A stretch of DNA of 42,432 bases, from positions 1-42,432 of the IMG/VR virus record IMGVR_UViG_3300037743_000150; one strand, written 5' to 3'. A program made the translations under genes and the position numbers. The notes under the pieces were generated by a model. It was not told where the DNA came from. It did not search any database and saw only the letters and a list, made by a program, of their open reading frames with translations. Positions 1-8,946 of this stretch are shown here, piece by piece; within the stretch, counting starts at the first letter, position 1, and each line of letters begins with the position of its first letter. The DNA comes from a virus (Duplodnaviria > Caudoviricetes).

Positions 1-2
1 TC

Positions 3-179
3 GACGGCCACGACGACCACCGCTGGACCAACCTCCAAGCCGCCTGCGGAACCTGCCACCGCGCCAAGACCGCACGCGAAGCGAATGCCTCGAAGCCCAA
101 GCGCCTCCGATCGACGGCTCGTCACCCAGGGATCCTCGGACCCCCCTCCCCCCAGGGGGCCGCCGGACGGGGGGGTTAG
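3..179 (+). CDS. HNH endonuclease, terminase-associated (5' truncated by window)
   Basis: Own translation: DGHDDHRWTNLQAACGTCHRAKTARE..., matching the NLQxxCxxCHxxKT motif; lies directly upstream of TerS. Confidence 0.85.
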   Translation, partial: DGHDDHRWTNLQAACGTCHRAKTAREANASKPKRLRSTARHPGILGPPSPQGAAGRGG

Positions 180-236
180 CGAGTCGGCCTCCTGGTGAAA
201 CGGGACCGGTTCTCAGAATTCCTCAGGGGGGCACCC

Positions 237-686
237 ATGCCGGTTACCGGTCGGAAACCGAAGCCTGCCGGGCAGCGTCGGAATCACCACGCCCCGACGC
301 ATGAGTGGGTTGAGGTGGTGAACGTCCCGTTTGAGGGGAAGCCCCCGGTGGGTCTGCCGGCCACCAGGACGGTTCTGCTGGAGGACGGGCCTGCGGACAT
401 CAAGCTGCACGCCCAGACGAGGGCGTGGTGGCGGCGGATCGGCCGTATGCCGCACTGCCGGTTGTGGTCGGAGTCGGATTGGGAGTTCGCTCTGGAGACC
501 GCTTTGGTGGCTGACGCGCTGTTCTATGGGCGGACGACGGCGGCGACGGAGTTGCGGCAGCGGGAGAAGGTGTTGGGTACGACGATGGATGCGCGCCGGG
601 ATCTGCGGATCCGGTACGTCGAGGTGGGGGAGGTGGACGGCGACGACGCGGAGGTGACACGCCTTGACGCTTACCGCGACCTCTGA
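237..686 (+). CDS. terminase small subunit
   Basis: Starts MPVTGRKPKP; ELRQRE..LG.T...RRDLRI motif typical of actinophage TerS; overlaps TerL start. Confidence 0.85.
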   Translation: MPVTGRKPKPAGQRRNHHAPTHEWVEVVNVPFEGKPPVGLPATRTVLLEDGPADIKLHAQTRAWWRRIGRMPHCRLWSESDWEFALETALVADALFYGRTTAATELRQREKVLGTTMDARRDLRIRYVEVGEVDGDDAEVTRLDAYRDL

Positions 687-2430
687 GCGGCTGGAGTTGC
701 CGCCGGGCTACTGGGTGCACGAGTCGGGTGCGTGGTGCACACTGCCCTGGCCGACCAGCCAGCCAGCGAAGGACCGGCTGCTGGCCAACAGCCTCGGGCC
801 GCTGGTAATCGATTGGGCGCATGGGCTGCGGCCTGACATCGGGCCTGGCCTGATCGACTACCAGACGGGTGAGCCGTGGCGGTTCACGCCGGGGCAGCAG
901 CGGTTCCTGATCCTCTGGTACGCCTACAACCCTGAGACCGGGCGCTGGCTGTTCCGGCGGGGCGTGAAGCGGGGTGCGAAGGGGACCGGTAAGGACCCGC
1001 TCGGGGCGGCGATGTGCCTGTGCGAGCTCATCGGTCCGACCAAGCTTCAGCAGCTACGGGATGGCGGCTGGGCTGGTGTGCGGCACCGGATGCCGCTTGT
1101 GCAGATCGCGAGCAACTCGGAGTCGCAGTCCAAGGATGTGCTCCGGGTGGCGAACGCCATGCTTTCCCGGGAGGCCCGGGAGTTCTACGGGGTCGACTGC
1201 GGGGAGACCCGCACGATCCTTGCCACCGCGGACGAGACCGGTGGGCGCCTGGAGGTCCTGACCGCCAGCGAGAAGTCGTCCGAGGGTGATCCGGCGACGT
1301 TTGTGATGCTCAACGAGAGCCATCACATGACGGAGTCGTCAGGTGGCCACAAGGTGGCGACGGTCGCCCGCCGGAACGTGGGCAAGTCGCCGGCGCACAT
1401 CCAAGCCCGCCTGTGCGAGTTCACGAACGCACACCAGCAGGGTGCCGACAGCGAGGCTGAGCGGTCGTGTGAGGCGTGGCAGGCGCAGGTGTCGGGCCGG
1501 GCGAAGCGCCGAGACATCCTCTACGACAGCATCGAGGCGCCACCGGACACCGACCTGTATGACGACGAGTCCCGGCGGGCTGGTCTGCGGGCGGCCTACA
1601 TGGACTCGCCGTGGTCGGACCTGGAGCGCCTCGAGGACGAGATGCTCGACCCGTCTACGTCGGTGGCCGACAGCATCCGCTACTACCTGAACGGGCTCGC
1701 CACAGCCGAGGACGCGTGGGTTGATCCCCGCCGGTTCGACGAGGCGGCTCGTGCTGATCTGGTGGTGGCGGATCGTGAGCAGATCGCCATGTTCCTGGAC
1801 TGCTCGAAGTCGTCGGACTCGACCGGTCTGGTGGCATCTCGTATCAGTGACGGGCACGTCATCGTCCTCGGTTTCTGGCAGAAACCGCACGGGGAGCGGG
1901 GCAAAGGCTGGCTGGCGCCGCGCCACGAGGTTGACGCTGTGGGGCGGGCGGCGTTCGACCGGTATCACGTGGTGTGGTGCGGCATCGACCCGTCGCCGGC
2001 CCGGGATGACGAGGACGAGCACCTGTACTGGCGGGGTGTGGTGGACGGCTGGCATCGGGACTTCGCCAAGAAGCTGCCGATCTGGGCGACCCCTGGGGCA
2101 AAGGGCCATTCGGTGCTGTTCGACATGCGGATCAAGACGTTGGGGTCGACGGAACGGAACCGGGTGTTCACGGAAGCGGCGATGCAGTGCGCCCAGGAGA
2201 TCGACGAGGACGGCACGCTGACCCATGACGGGGATCCGGCGTTGCGGATGCATGTGCACAACGCCCGGCGGCGCCCGAATCCGTGGGGGACATCGCTGGG
2301 GAAGATCAGCCGCGGCAGCGGGAAGCTCGTTGATCTGGCGGTGTGCATGGTCGGTGCCCGGATGGGTCGCCGGTTGGCGTTGAACAGCGGCAAGTTGCCG
2401 CGCAAGAAGACCGGCCGGGCCGCGTTCTGA
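664..2430 (+). CDS. terminase large subunit
   Basis: Walker A-like KRGAKGTGKDP, Walker B-like FVMLNESHH, nuclease motifs FLDCSKSSDST and KLVDLAVC. Confidence 0.95.
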   Translation: MTLTATSERLELPPGYWVHESGAWCTLPWPTSQPAKDRLLANSLGPLVIDWAHGLRPDIGPGLIDYQTGEPWRFTPGQQRFLILWYAYNPETGRWLFRRGVKRGAKGTGKDPLGAAMCLCELIGPTKLQQLRDGGWAGVRHRMPLVQIASNSESQSKDVLRVANAMLSREAREFYGVDCGETRTILATADETGGRLEVLTASEKSSEGDPATFVMLNESHHMTESSGGHKVATVARRNVGKSPAHIQARLCEFTNAHQQGADSEAERSCEAWQAQVSGRAKRRDILYDSIEAPPDTDLYDDESRRAGLRAAYMDSPWSDLERLEDEMLDPSTSVADSIRYYLNGLATAEDAWVDPRRFDEAARADLVVADREQIAMFLDCSKSSDSTGLVASRISDGHVIVLGFWQKPHGERGKGWLAPRHEVDAVGRAAFDRYHVVWCGIDPSPARDDEDEHLYWRGVVDGWHRDFAKKLPIWATPGAKGHSVLFDMRIKTLGSTERNRVFTEAAMQCAQEIDEDGTLTHDGDPALRMHVHNARRRPNPWGTSLGKISRGSGKLVDLAVCMVGARMGRRLALNSGKLPRKKTGRAAF

Positions 2431-2446
2431 CGAAGGGAGGTGACGG

Positions 2447-3973
2447 ATGCCGCTTACTCCTGCTGGAGCGCTGGCCAAGGCCAAGCAGCTCATGGAGATC
2501 CGGGCTGCGGAGAAGCCCCGCCTCGACCTGATCTACGGCTACCTCCGTGACGACCCGGACAAGCGCCGACTGGGTGGTCTCCCGAGTGGCGTGCCGGAAG
2601 ACGTGGTTCGCCTGGCCCGGATCTCCCGGGTCAACGTGTTGAAGTACATCGTCAACGCCCGGGTCCAGAACATGTACGTCGACGGGTTCCAGACCCCGGC
2701 GAGCGGCGACAACCTGCAGCAGTGGACCGCCTGGCAGCGCAACCGGTTCGACGCCCGCCAGATCGGCGTGAACCGGGCCGCTCTCCCGTACGGCGCCGGC
2801 TACACCACCCTGCTGCCCGGGGAACAGACCCGGGGCGAGCAGGTTCCCATCATGCGGGGTGCCAGCCCCCGACAGATGACCGTCGCGTACGGCGATGACG
2901 ACGACTGGCCGGAGTCGGCGTTGGAGAAGCTCCGGAACGGTCGGTGGCGGCTCATCGACGACGAGGCGGTCTACGGGTTCACGGGCGCCGATGGCGGTGA
3001 CGGGCTCGCAGTGGCGGGGGAGCCGAGGATCCACGGCGCGACCTTCGACGGGGTGAAGGTGTGCCCGGTGGTGCGGTTCCGGGACACCGACGACCTCGAC
3101 GACCCGGTGCGGGGGATAACTCAACCATTCATCCCACTGCAGGACCAGATCAACATCACGAGCTTCGGGTTGCAGGTCGCGCAGCACTACGGCGCGTTCC
3201 GGCAGCGGTACATCCTCGGCTGGTTGGCCGAGAACGAAGAGGAGAAGCTCAAGGCGGCGGCGTCGAAGCTCTGGACGTTCGAGGATTCGCCGAGCGAGAT
3301 CCAGGTCGGCGAGTTCGCCCAGACCGACTTGCGCGGGTACATCGAGTCCCGGGAGGCGTCGCTCCGCCACCTGGCCACCGTCTCGCAGACCCCGGTGCAC
3401 GAGCTCATGGGCCAGTTCATCAACCTGAGCGCCGAGGCGTTGGAGGCGGCGAGGGCGTCGCATCAGGCAGCGATCGACGAGAACCGCACCGTGTGCGGCG
3501 AGTCCTACGAGCAGGTCCTGAACCTCGCCGGCGAGATGATGGGCATCGAGCCCGACCCGGCGGCCTCGGTGATCTGGCGAGACACCCGTGTCCGGTCCCT
3601 GACCGAGGCCGCCCAGGCGCTGGGCCTGCTGGTCGAGAAGCTCGGCGTGCCGCCCCGTCCGCTGTGGCGCCGGGTCCCCGGCGTGCCCCAGCACGAGGTC
3701 GAGCAGTGGGAGAAGGCGGCCGACGAGGCCGACCCGTTCATGGACCTGACAGCGGCCCTGGACCGGGCGACCTCCACGGACCCCGCTGCCGCGTCGGGTG
3801 ATGCTGCCGATCTGAAGCAGCGTTTCGACGCCCTCGGTGTCGCGATCCGTTCCGGGGTCGACCCCGATGACGCTGCCCGCAGGCTGGGGCTCGACGGTGT
3901 GAAGTTCACCGGGGCGATCCCGGTGTCTCTGCGACCCGCTGCTGCTGACGCCCGGGAGTTGGAGCAGGCGTAG
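2447..3973 (+). CDS. portal protein (SPP1 gp6-like)
   Basis: AAGGGAGG RBS; follows TerL; motifs W..N.FDARQ, YGAFRQRYI.G, NLSAEAL. Confidence 0.92.
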   Translation: MPLTPAGALAKAKQLMEIRAAEKPRLDLIYGYLRDDPDKRRLGGLPSGVPEDVVRLARISRVNVLKYIVNARVQNMYVDGFQTPASGDNLQQWTAWQRNRFDARQIGVNRAALPYGAGYTTLLPGEQTRGEQVPIMRGASPRQMTVAYGDDDDWPESALEKLRNGRWRLIDDEAVYGFTGADGGDGLAVAGEPRIHGATFDGVKVCPVVRFRDTDDLDDPVRGITQPFIPLQDQINITSFGLQVAQHYGAFRQRYILGWLAENEEEKLKAAASKLWTFEDSPSEIQVGEFAQTDLRGYIESREASLRHLATVSQTPVHELMGQFINLSAEALEAARASHQAAIDENRTVCGESYEQVLNLAGEMMGIEPDPAASVIWRDTRVRSLTEAAQALGLLVEKLGVPPRPLWRRVPGVPQHEVEQWEKAADEADPFMDLTAALDRATSTDPAAASGDAADLKQRFDALGVAIRSGVDPDDAARRLGLDGVKFTGAIPVSLRPAAADARELEQA

Positions 3974-4752
3974 TGGCCCGCAGCGAGGAGGGCGCGGAGC
4001 TGACGCAGGAGCACCGGTTGCTGCAGGTGTCGATCGGTGCGGCGACGGTCAGTGATCTGCTCGGCCTGTGGGACACCGTCGACCCGCTGAACCTGGCCGG
4101 CACCATTGGCCCGTTCGCTGCGGCAGCGGCGGTGATCGTGCGGGCAAGGAGCCGGGACTCGGCGACGGCGGCCGCCCGCTACTTCCAGGACTTCCGGGCG
4201 GCCGAAGGTGTGCGTGGCGCTGCGACGATCGTGACCGGCGAACCCCCGGTGGCCGCTGTGGTGGCGGGGCTGGTGCGGGGTGCCGGTCTCTCCGGCATCG
4301 TGCGTGCCCGGCAGCGGGGGTTCTCGGCGCAGGCGGCGGCCCGGAACGGGTTCGCGAGGGTGGCGGGATCAGCAAAGAACCTCACTCTCGATGGTGGCCG
4401 GCAGGTCGTGATCGAGGCGACCTTGTCCGATCGTGCGTCGACCGGGAAGTGGCAGCGGGTCGCGTCGTCCGGTGCCTGCGCCTGGTGTGCGATGCAGGCC
4501 AGCCGTGGCCCGGTGTTCAACGAGCGGGCGTTCCACAAGCACGTCGGCTGCGACTGCGACGCCGAACCGGTCTACGAAGGCTCCCGCCTACCTGCCACGT
4601 CGCAGCAGTTCCGTGACGAATGGAAGCGGGCACAGCGTGAGATCGGCCCGGACGTGTCGGGCACCGACAACGACGCCCTGACGGCGTTCCGGCGGCTGCG
4701 TGAGGGCCGCCCCGTGGACGGCCGCAGAACGCCTGCGCAGCCCGCCGAATAG
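3973..4752 (+). CDS. MuF-like minor head / capsid maturation protein
   Basis: WQRV..GACAWCAMQASRG and H.GCDC.AEP motifs; lies between portal and scaffold. Confidence 0.8.
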   Translation: MARSEEGAELTQEHRLLQVSIGAATVSDLLGLWDTVDPLNLAGTIGPFAAAAAVIVRARSRDSATAAARYFQDFRAAEGVRGAATIVTGEPPVAAVVAGLVRGAGLSGIVRARQRGFSAQAAARNGFARVAGSAKNLTLDGGRQVVIEATLSDRASTGKWQRVASSGACAWCAMQASRGPVFNERAFHKHVGCDCDAEPVYEGSRLPATSQQFRDEWKRAQREIGPDVSGTDNDALTAFRRLREGRPVDGRRTPAQPAE

Positions 4753-4765
4753 ATCCACCGCTCAG

Positions 4766-4845
4766 GACCCCCACCGAGATGGCGGGGTCGCTGGCGTCCA
4801 CCGTCGCCGAGATGGCGGCACCACCGAAGGAGGGCCGAGATGGCC
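4766..4845 (+). promoter_or_regulatory. three hairpins with identical GAGAU loop (CCGAGATGGC x3); the third contains the scaffold start codon
   Basis: Loops at 4776-4780, 4809-4813 and 4837-4841, each with complementary flanks; RBS AAGGAGG at 4827-4833. Confidence 0.65.
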
Positions 4846-5460
4846 GACGAACCCACGCCCGAGACGGGCGACGACGAAGAGGCGGCCGAGACGGCCGACG
4901 ACACCGACACCGAGTCGGGTGACGACAAGGCCAAGCCCGGCCGTCGCAGCGGAGGCGTCCAGGCGGCGCTCCGGAAGGCCAACGCCGAAGCGGCCAGGTA
5001 CCGCACCGAGGCCGCCGCGCTCAAGAAGCAGCTCGACGACAGCCAGTCGAAGACCAAGTCCGAGATGGACAAGCTCATCGGCCGGTTCGACGCCATGGAG
5101 GAGCGGGCCACCAAGGCCGAACGCAAGGCGCTCGTGGCCGAGATCGGCGAGGAGCACGGGCTCACTGCTGCACAGGCAAGTCGGCTGCGGGGCGACACCC
5201 GTGAGGAGCTGGTCGCCGACGCCGAGGAGCTGCGCGAGACGTTCGGCGTGAAGTCGAAGCCCAAGCCGAAGGCATCCGACGAGTCGGACGCCGGCGACGA
5301 GGCCGATGGCAAGGCCAAGGCCAACGGCAAGGACGACGGCGCGAAGCCGTCGCTCGGCCGACCCAAGGAGAAGCTCCGCGGAGGAGCCTCACCCCCAGAC
5401 ACCGAAGAGGCGGTCGACCCGGCCAAGTTGGCGAAGTCGATCCTCGAATCGTCGTTCTGA
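4840..5460 (+). CDS. scaffolding protein
   Basis: Acidic N-terminus, coiled coil LRKANAEAARYR, RLRGDTREEL.ADA motif; immediately before capsid. Confidence 0.88.
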   Translation: MADEPTPETGDDEEAAETADDTDTESGDDKAKPGRRSGGVQAALRKANAEAARYRTEAAALKKQLDDSQSKTKSEMDKLIGRFDAMEERATKAERKALVAEIGEEHGLTAAQASRLRGDTREELVADAEELRETFGVKSKPKPKASDESDAGDEADGKAKANGKDDGAKPSLGRPKEKLRGGASPPDTEEAVDPAKLAKSILESSF

Positions 5461-5510
5461 CCCCCGCACGGCCACCGGGTCGCTGCGGTTGAACCAAAGG
5501 AGAAACAACC

Positions 5511-6392
5511 ATGGCGGTCCTTACCGCACAGGGGATCAGCAGCGTCGCGATCGAGCTGCTGACCCGCACCCTCGTCCTGCCGATGACGGTGACCCGCATC
5601 CCCGGCGAGGAGTTCGCTGGGGCCAACGGTGACACGATCACCGTGCGGGTCCCGCAGCCGGGCACTGCCCGCGAGCAGACCACCCCCGGCGCCACGATCA
5701 CGTTCGATGACGTCAACGAGATCCCGGTCGACGTCACGCTGGCGCACCTCTACAACGGGAAGCTGATCACCGACGAAGAGGCGAGCCTCCAGCTGGAGGA
5801 CTTCGCCCGTCAGATCACCCGTGTGCAGGTCGCCGCGGTCGCCACCGCCGCCGAGGAGCAGATCTCCGACGTGATGGACGCCCTCACGGCCGACATCACC
5901 GGCGTCACCGCCGCCAGCATCGCCGGCGACGTCCTGACGGCCCGCACAATGCTCGGCAACGCGAACGCCCCGGCGTCGGACCGGTTCCTCGCCGGTGCCC
6001 CGGACTTCATCGAGGTGCTGCTCGGCCTCGAGAACCTGAGCTTCGCCGACGCCGCCGCGTCGGACTCGGCGCTGCGCGAGGCGATCGTGGGCCGCTACCG
6101 CGGGTTCACCGTCGTCGAGTCCAACGGCCTGGAGGCCGGCTCGGCGATCGCCTACCACCGGTCCGGGTTCGTGTGGGGCAACCGGGTCCCAGTCGCCCCC
6201 AAGGGTGCCACCGACTCGGCGTCGACGACCGCCGGCGGTGTCGGGATGCGCAGCATCCTGGACTACATCCCCGAGCGCCTCTCCGAGGCCTCCATCCTGT
6301 CCACGTTCGCTGGCGCTGCTGCGGTGTACGAGGACAACTCGGGCACCGACTCCCAGCGGTTCGTGAAGCTGGAGCTCGAGCCGACGTCGTGA
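5511..6392 (+). CDS. major capsid protein (P22 coat-like family)
   Basis: AAGGAG RBS; GDTITVRVP motif; 293 aa; follows scaffold. Confidence 0.9.
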   Translation: MAVLTAQGISSVAIELLTRTLVLPMTVTRIPGEEFAGANGDTITVRVPQPGTAREQTTPGATITFDDVNEIPVDVTLAHLYNGKLITDEEASLQLEDFARQITRVQVAAVATAAEEQISDVMDALTADITGVTAASIAGDVLTARTMLGNANAPASDRFLAGAPDFIEVLLGLENLSFADAAASDSALREAIVGRYRGFTVVESNGLEAGSAIAYHRSGFVWGNRVPVAPKGATDSASTTAGGVGMRSILDYIPERLSEASILSTFAGAAAVYEDNSGTDSQRFVKLELEPTS

Positions 6393-7045
6393 TCCCGGCG
6401 GTAGCACACCGGGTGTGGTTGGACGACCCACTCCCCGACGAGTTCGCCGGCTACGGCCGGCGGCTCGCCGAGTTGCACGGTGGGTGGGAGGTCAGGGAGT
6501 GGCGGTACACCTCCGACCTCCCGCCCCTGTGCAACCAAGGCCTGTTCGACCGGGCGCAGCAGCTGTGCCCACGGGACTGGAAACGGTTCCAGTCCGATCT
6601 GCTCCGCCTGGAGCTGCTGTGGCTGTACGGCGGGATCTACGTCGACTGTGACGTGGAGCCGCTCCGCCCGTTCGACCCGCTGGTTGCCTGTGAGGCGTTC
6701 GTGGTGTGGTCCCCGAACCGGCATCGTGGCGGCCGGGTCCTGACTCAGGCCGTGATCGGCGCAGCGGCGCAGCATCCGTTCATCGGGGCGTGCATCGCGG
6801 CGGCGGCCGGGTCGGTGGAGCGTTACGGCGGTAAGCCGTTGGCGCAGGTGGTGGGTCCGCACATGGTGCAGCGGGTGTGGGAGTCCAGGGAGTGGCCCGG
6901 GGTGCTGGTCCTGCCGGAGCAGACGTTCGGTCCGCAGTCGATCCGGGACCGTGACGCTGGCCGCCCGGTCGACCTCGATGGCTCCTACGGCTGGCACCAC
7001 TGGGCCAACACCCGGGACCGCCGGCATGGAGGTGTGCCGCAGTGA
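6389..7045 (+). CDS. glycosyltransferase family 32 (DXD sugar-binding)
   Basis: IP..AHRVW, SDLLRLELLWLYGGIYVDCDVEPLRPFD, HPFI, H.W..T motifs; GTG start overlaps capsid stop. Confidence 0.92.
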   Translation: MIPAVAHRVWLDDPLPDEFAGYGRRLAELHGGWEVREWRYTSDLPPLCNQGLFDRAQQLCPRDWKRFQSDLLRLELLWLYGGIYVDCDVEPLRPFDPLVACEAFVVWSPNRHRGGRVLTQAVIGAAAQHPFIGACIAAAAGSVERYGGKPLAQVVGPHMVQRVWESREWPGVLVLPEQTFGPQSIRDRDAGRPVDLDGSYGWHHWANTRDRRHGGVPQ

Positions 7046-7326
7046 AATCGTCCGCCCAACAGGCTGCCGCGCAGAACCGCATCCACGATCTGCTCACCGA
7101 GTTGGCCGACATCGTCGGGCCGAACTTCGACGGTGCGGCAGCAGAAGAACTCGACGTGGACGAGCAGCCGGAAGGGTCCGTGTTCCTCGGCGAGTGGGTG
7201 ATGGTCATGTCGTGGATGGACGAGGCCGGCGAGTCGTTCATGACCCGCATTGGCTCAGCCAACCTGCTGAGCCACCACCGGGTCGGTCTCCTCCATGAGG
7301 GCCTGCACGGGTTCGGCGACCGATGA
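7042..7326 (+). CDS. hypothetical acidic protein
   Basis: GGAGG RBS; start and stop both overlap neighbouring genes. Confidence 0.7.
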   Translation: MKSSAQQAAAQNRIHDLLTELADIVGPNFDGAAAEELDVDEQPEGSVFLGEWVMVMSWMDEAGESFMTRIGSANLLSHHRVGLLHEGLHGFGDR

Positions 7327-8234
7327 CCTACCAGCCGACCGCCACAACGGCCGGGGAGCGGTCCTGTGTCGACCGGTGGGACGTGATCCGCTGGCACCTG
7401 GCCAGTCTCGACGAGCCGTTCACCGTGCTCGACTTGGGCGCCAACGCCGGCTGGTTCTCGACCCGACTGGCCGAGGAGTTCGACTGCCAGGTCACCGCGA
7501 TCGACGATCACCGTGACCTGTCCTCGATCGCCTCGGACCGGGTCACGGTCCTGAACCGGCGGGTGTCGGCCCGTCACCTGCGGGAGATGCCCCGCTTCGA
7601 TGTCGTGCTCGCCCTGTCGGTGCTGCACCACATGGCGGATTGGCGGGCCGTGTTCGACCAGGTGCGGGCCTGTCGCCGCGGAGCGTTCGTCGAGGTGCCT
7701 GCACCTGGCGAGGAGTGGATGCGGTGGGCGGCGGCACGGCATGAGCTGCCAGCGATCCACGACAAGGTTGCCGGTGCGGCGTTCCGCCTGATCGGCGAGT
7801 TCGAGCGCACAGGCCGTGACGGGTCGGTCCATCAGCGGCCGATGTTCCTGGTGCATGGCACGCTCACGACGTTGGCCGGCACTGTGTTCTCCGGGTCCGG
7901 GACCTGCTCCCGCAAGCTCACCCCCACCCTGCACGCCCGCGGCCTCGACCGCGAGCTCGGCTACCAGCCGTACCCCGGGTCCCTCAACCTGCGCTGCGAA
8001 ACGACCGTCGACCTCGGCACCCCCTGGCTGGCGTGGCCTGGTCTGGTCAAGGGCCGGTCCCGCCCCTACTGGTTCTGGCCCGCCTGGCTCAACGGCCACC
8101 CGGTGCACGCCATGGACCCCGCCGGCCGCGGGCACGGGCCCGGCTGCATCGAGGTCGTCGCCCCCCGGTCGATGCGCGACAGCCTCGGGTTGGTCGATGG
8201 CGACGCCGTCACCCTGGAGGTGGCGTGTGGTTGA
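7323..8234 (+). CDS. WbdD-type SAM methyltransferase fused to CTP-dependent riboflavin-kinase-like (DUF120) domain
   Basis: N-half: VLDLGANAGWFS and FDVVLALSVLHH. C-half: GTVFSGSG, LGYQPYPGSLNL, IEVVAP..MRDSLGLVDGDAV. Confidence 0.85.
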   Translation: MTYQPTATTAGERSCVDRWDVIRWHLASLDEPFTVLDLGANAGWFSTRLAEEFDCQVTAIDDHRDLSSIASDRVTVLNRRVSARHLREMPRFDVVLALSVLHHMADWRAVFDQVRACRRGAFVEVPAPGEEWMRWAAARHELPAIHDKVAGAAFRLIGEFERTGRDGSVHQRPMFLVHGTLTTLAGTVFSGSGTCSRKLTPTLHARGLDRELGYQPYPGSLNLRCETTVDLGTPWLAWPGLVKGRSRPYWFWPAWLNGHPVHAMDPAGRGHGPGCIEVVAPRSMRDSLGLVDGDAVTLEVACG

Positions 8235-8946
8235 CCGCCGGAAGCTGAGCGCAGCCGCACGGCGCGCCCGACGTGAACGGGTCCAACGCCGCGCCAACTG
8301 GGCCACACCCACCCAGACCAACCAGGTTCTCACCCTCACCGCTCACGGCCGCAGCATCCGGCTCTACGACGCCCAGGGCAAGATCCCCGCGTGTTGGCGG
8401 GCCGGCGTCCCCTACGAGAAGCCGCTGCTCGACCACATCTATGCCGAGCGGTTCACCGGCCTCGCTGTCGACGCCGGCGCCAACATCGGCAACCACACCC
8501 TGTGGTTCGCCGGAATCTGCGGCCTGGACGTCGCAGCGTTCGAGCCGATCAAGCACACCGAACTCGCCCGCAACGTTGACCTCAACGAGCTCGGCGACAA
8601 GATCACCGTTCATCCGTCCGCTCTCGGGGTCATCGACGGGCAGGCGTTGCACGTCGGGAAGGGCCGCCTCGCAACAGGCAAGGGGACTCTGCCGGTCCGC
8701 GACCTCGACGGCTACGGGCTCACCGATGTCGCTGTCATCAAGGTCGACGTCGAGGGCATGGAACCACAGGTGCTGGCCGGCGCCGAGTACACGATCCGGG
8801 ACCAGCGACCCGTGATCTTCGCCGAGGAGTGGGGCCAGCCGGAGCACGCCGCGATCGCTGCTGTCCTGGAGCCGTGGGGGTACCGGTTGACCCGCCGGTT
8901 CTCCGGCAAAGGGAGCGCTACACCGGTCGGCAGGTGGGATCCGTGA
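8227..8946 (+). CDS. FkbM-family methyltransferase
   Basis: VDAGANIGNHT, AFEP, IKVDVEGMEPQVLAGA, RPVIFAE; GGAGG upstream of GTG 8227. Confidence 0.92.
   Translation: MVDRRKLSAAARRARRERVQRRANWATPTQTNQVLTLTAHGRSIRLYDAQGKIPACWRAGVPYEKPLLDHIYAERFTGLAVDAGANIGNHTLWFAGICGLDVAAFEPIKHTELARNVDLNELGDKITVHPSALGVIDGQALHVGKGRLATGKGTLPVRDLDGYGLTDVAVIKVDVEGMEPQVLAGAEYTIRDQRPVIFAEEWGQPEHAAIAAVLEPWGYRLTRRFSGKGSATPVGRWDP

Noticed and set aside
7816-8226. Long N-terminal extensions in the ORF track (also starts at 6173, 8829, 16031, 22474, 23052)
   Set aside because: They overlap upstream genes; downstream coupled starts or RBSs fit better
7870-8234. Flavin-biosynthesis auxiliary metabolic gene
   Set aside because: No other rib genes; fusion to a WbdD-like methyltransferase among glycosyltransferases favours a glycan role, though FMN synthesis is not formally excluded
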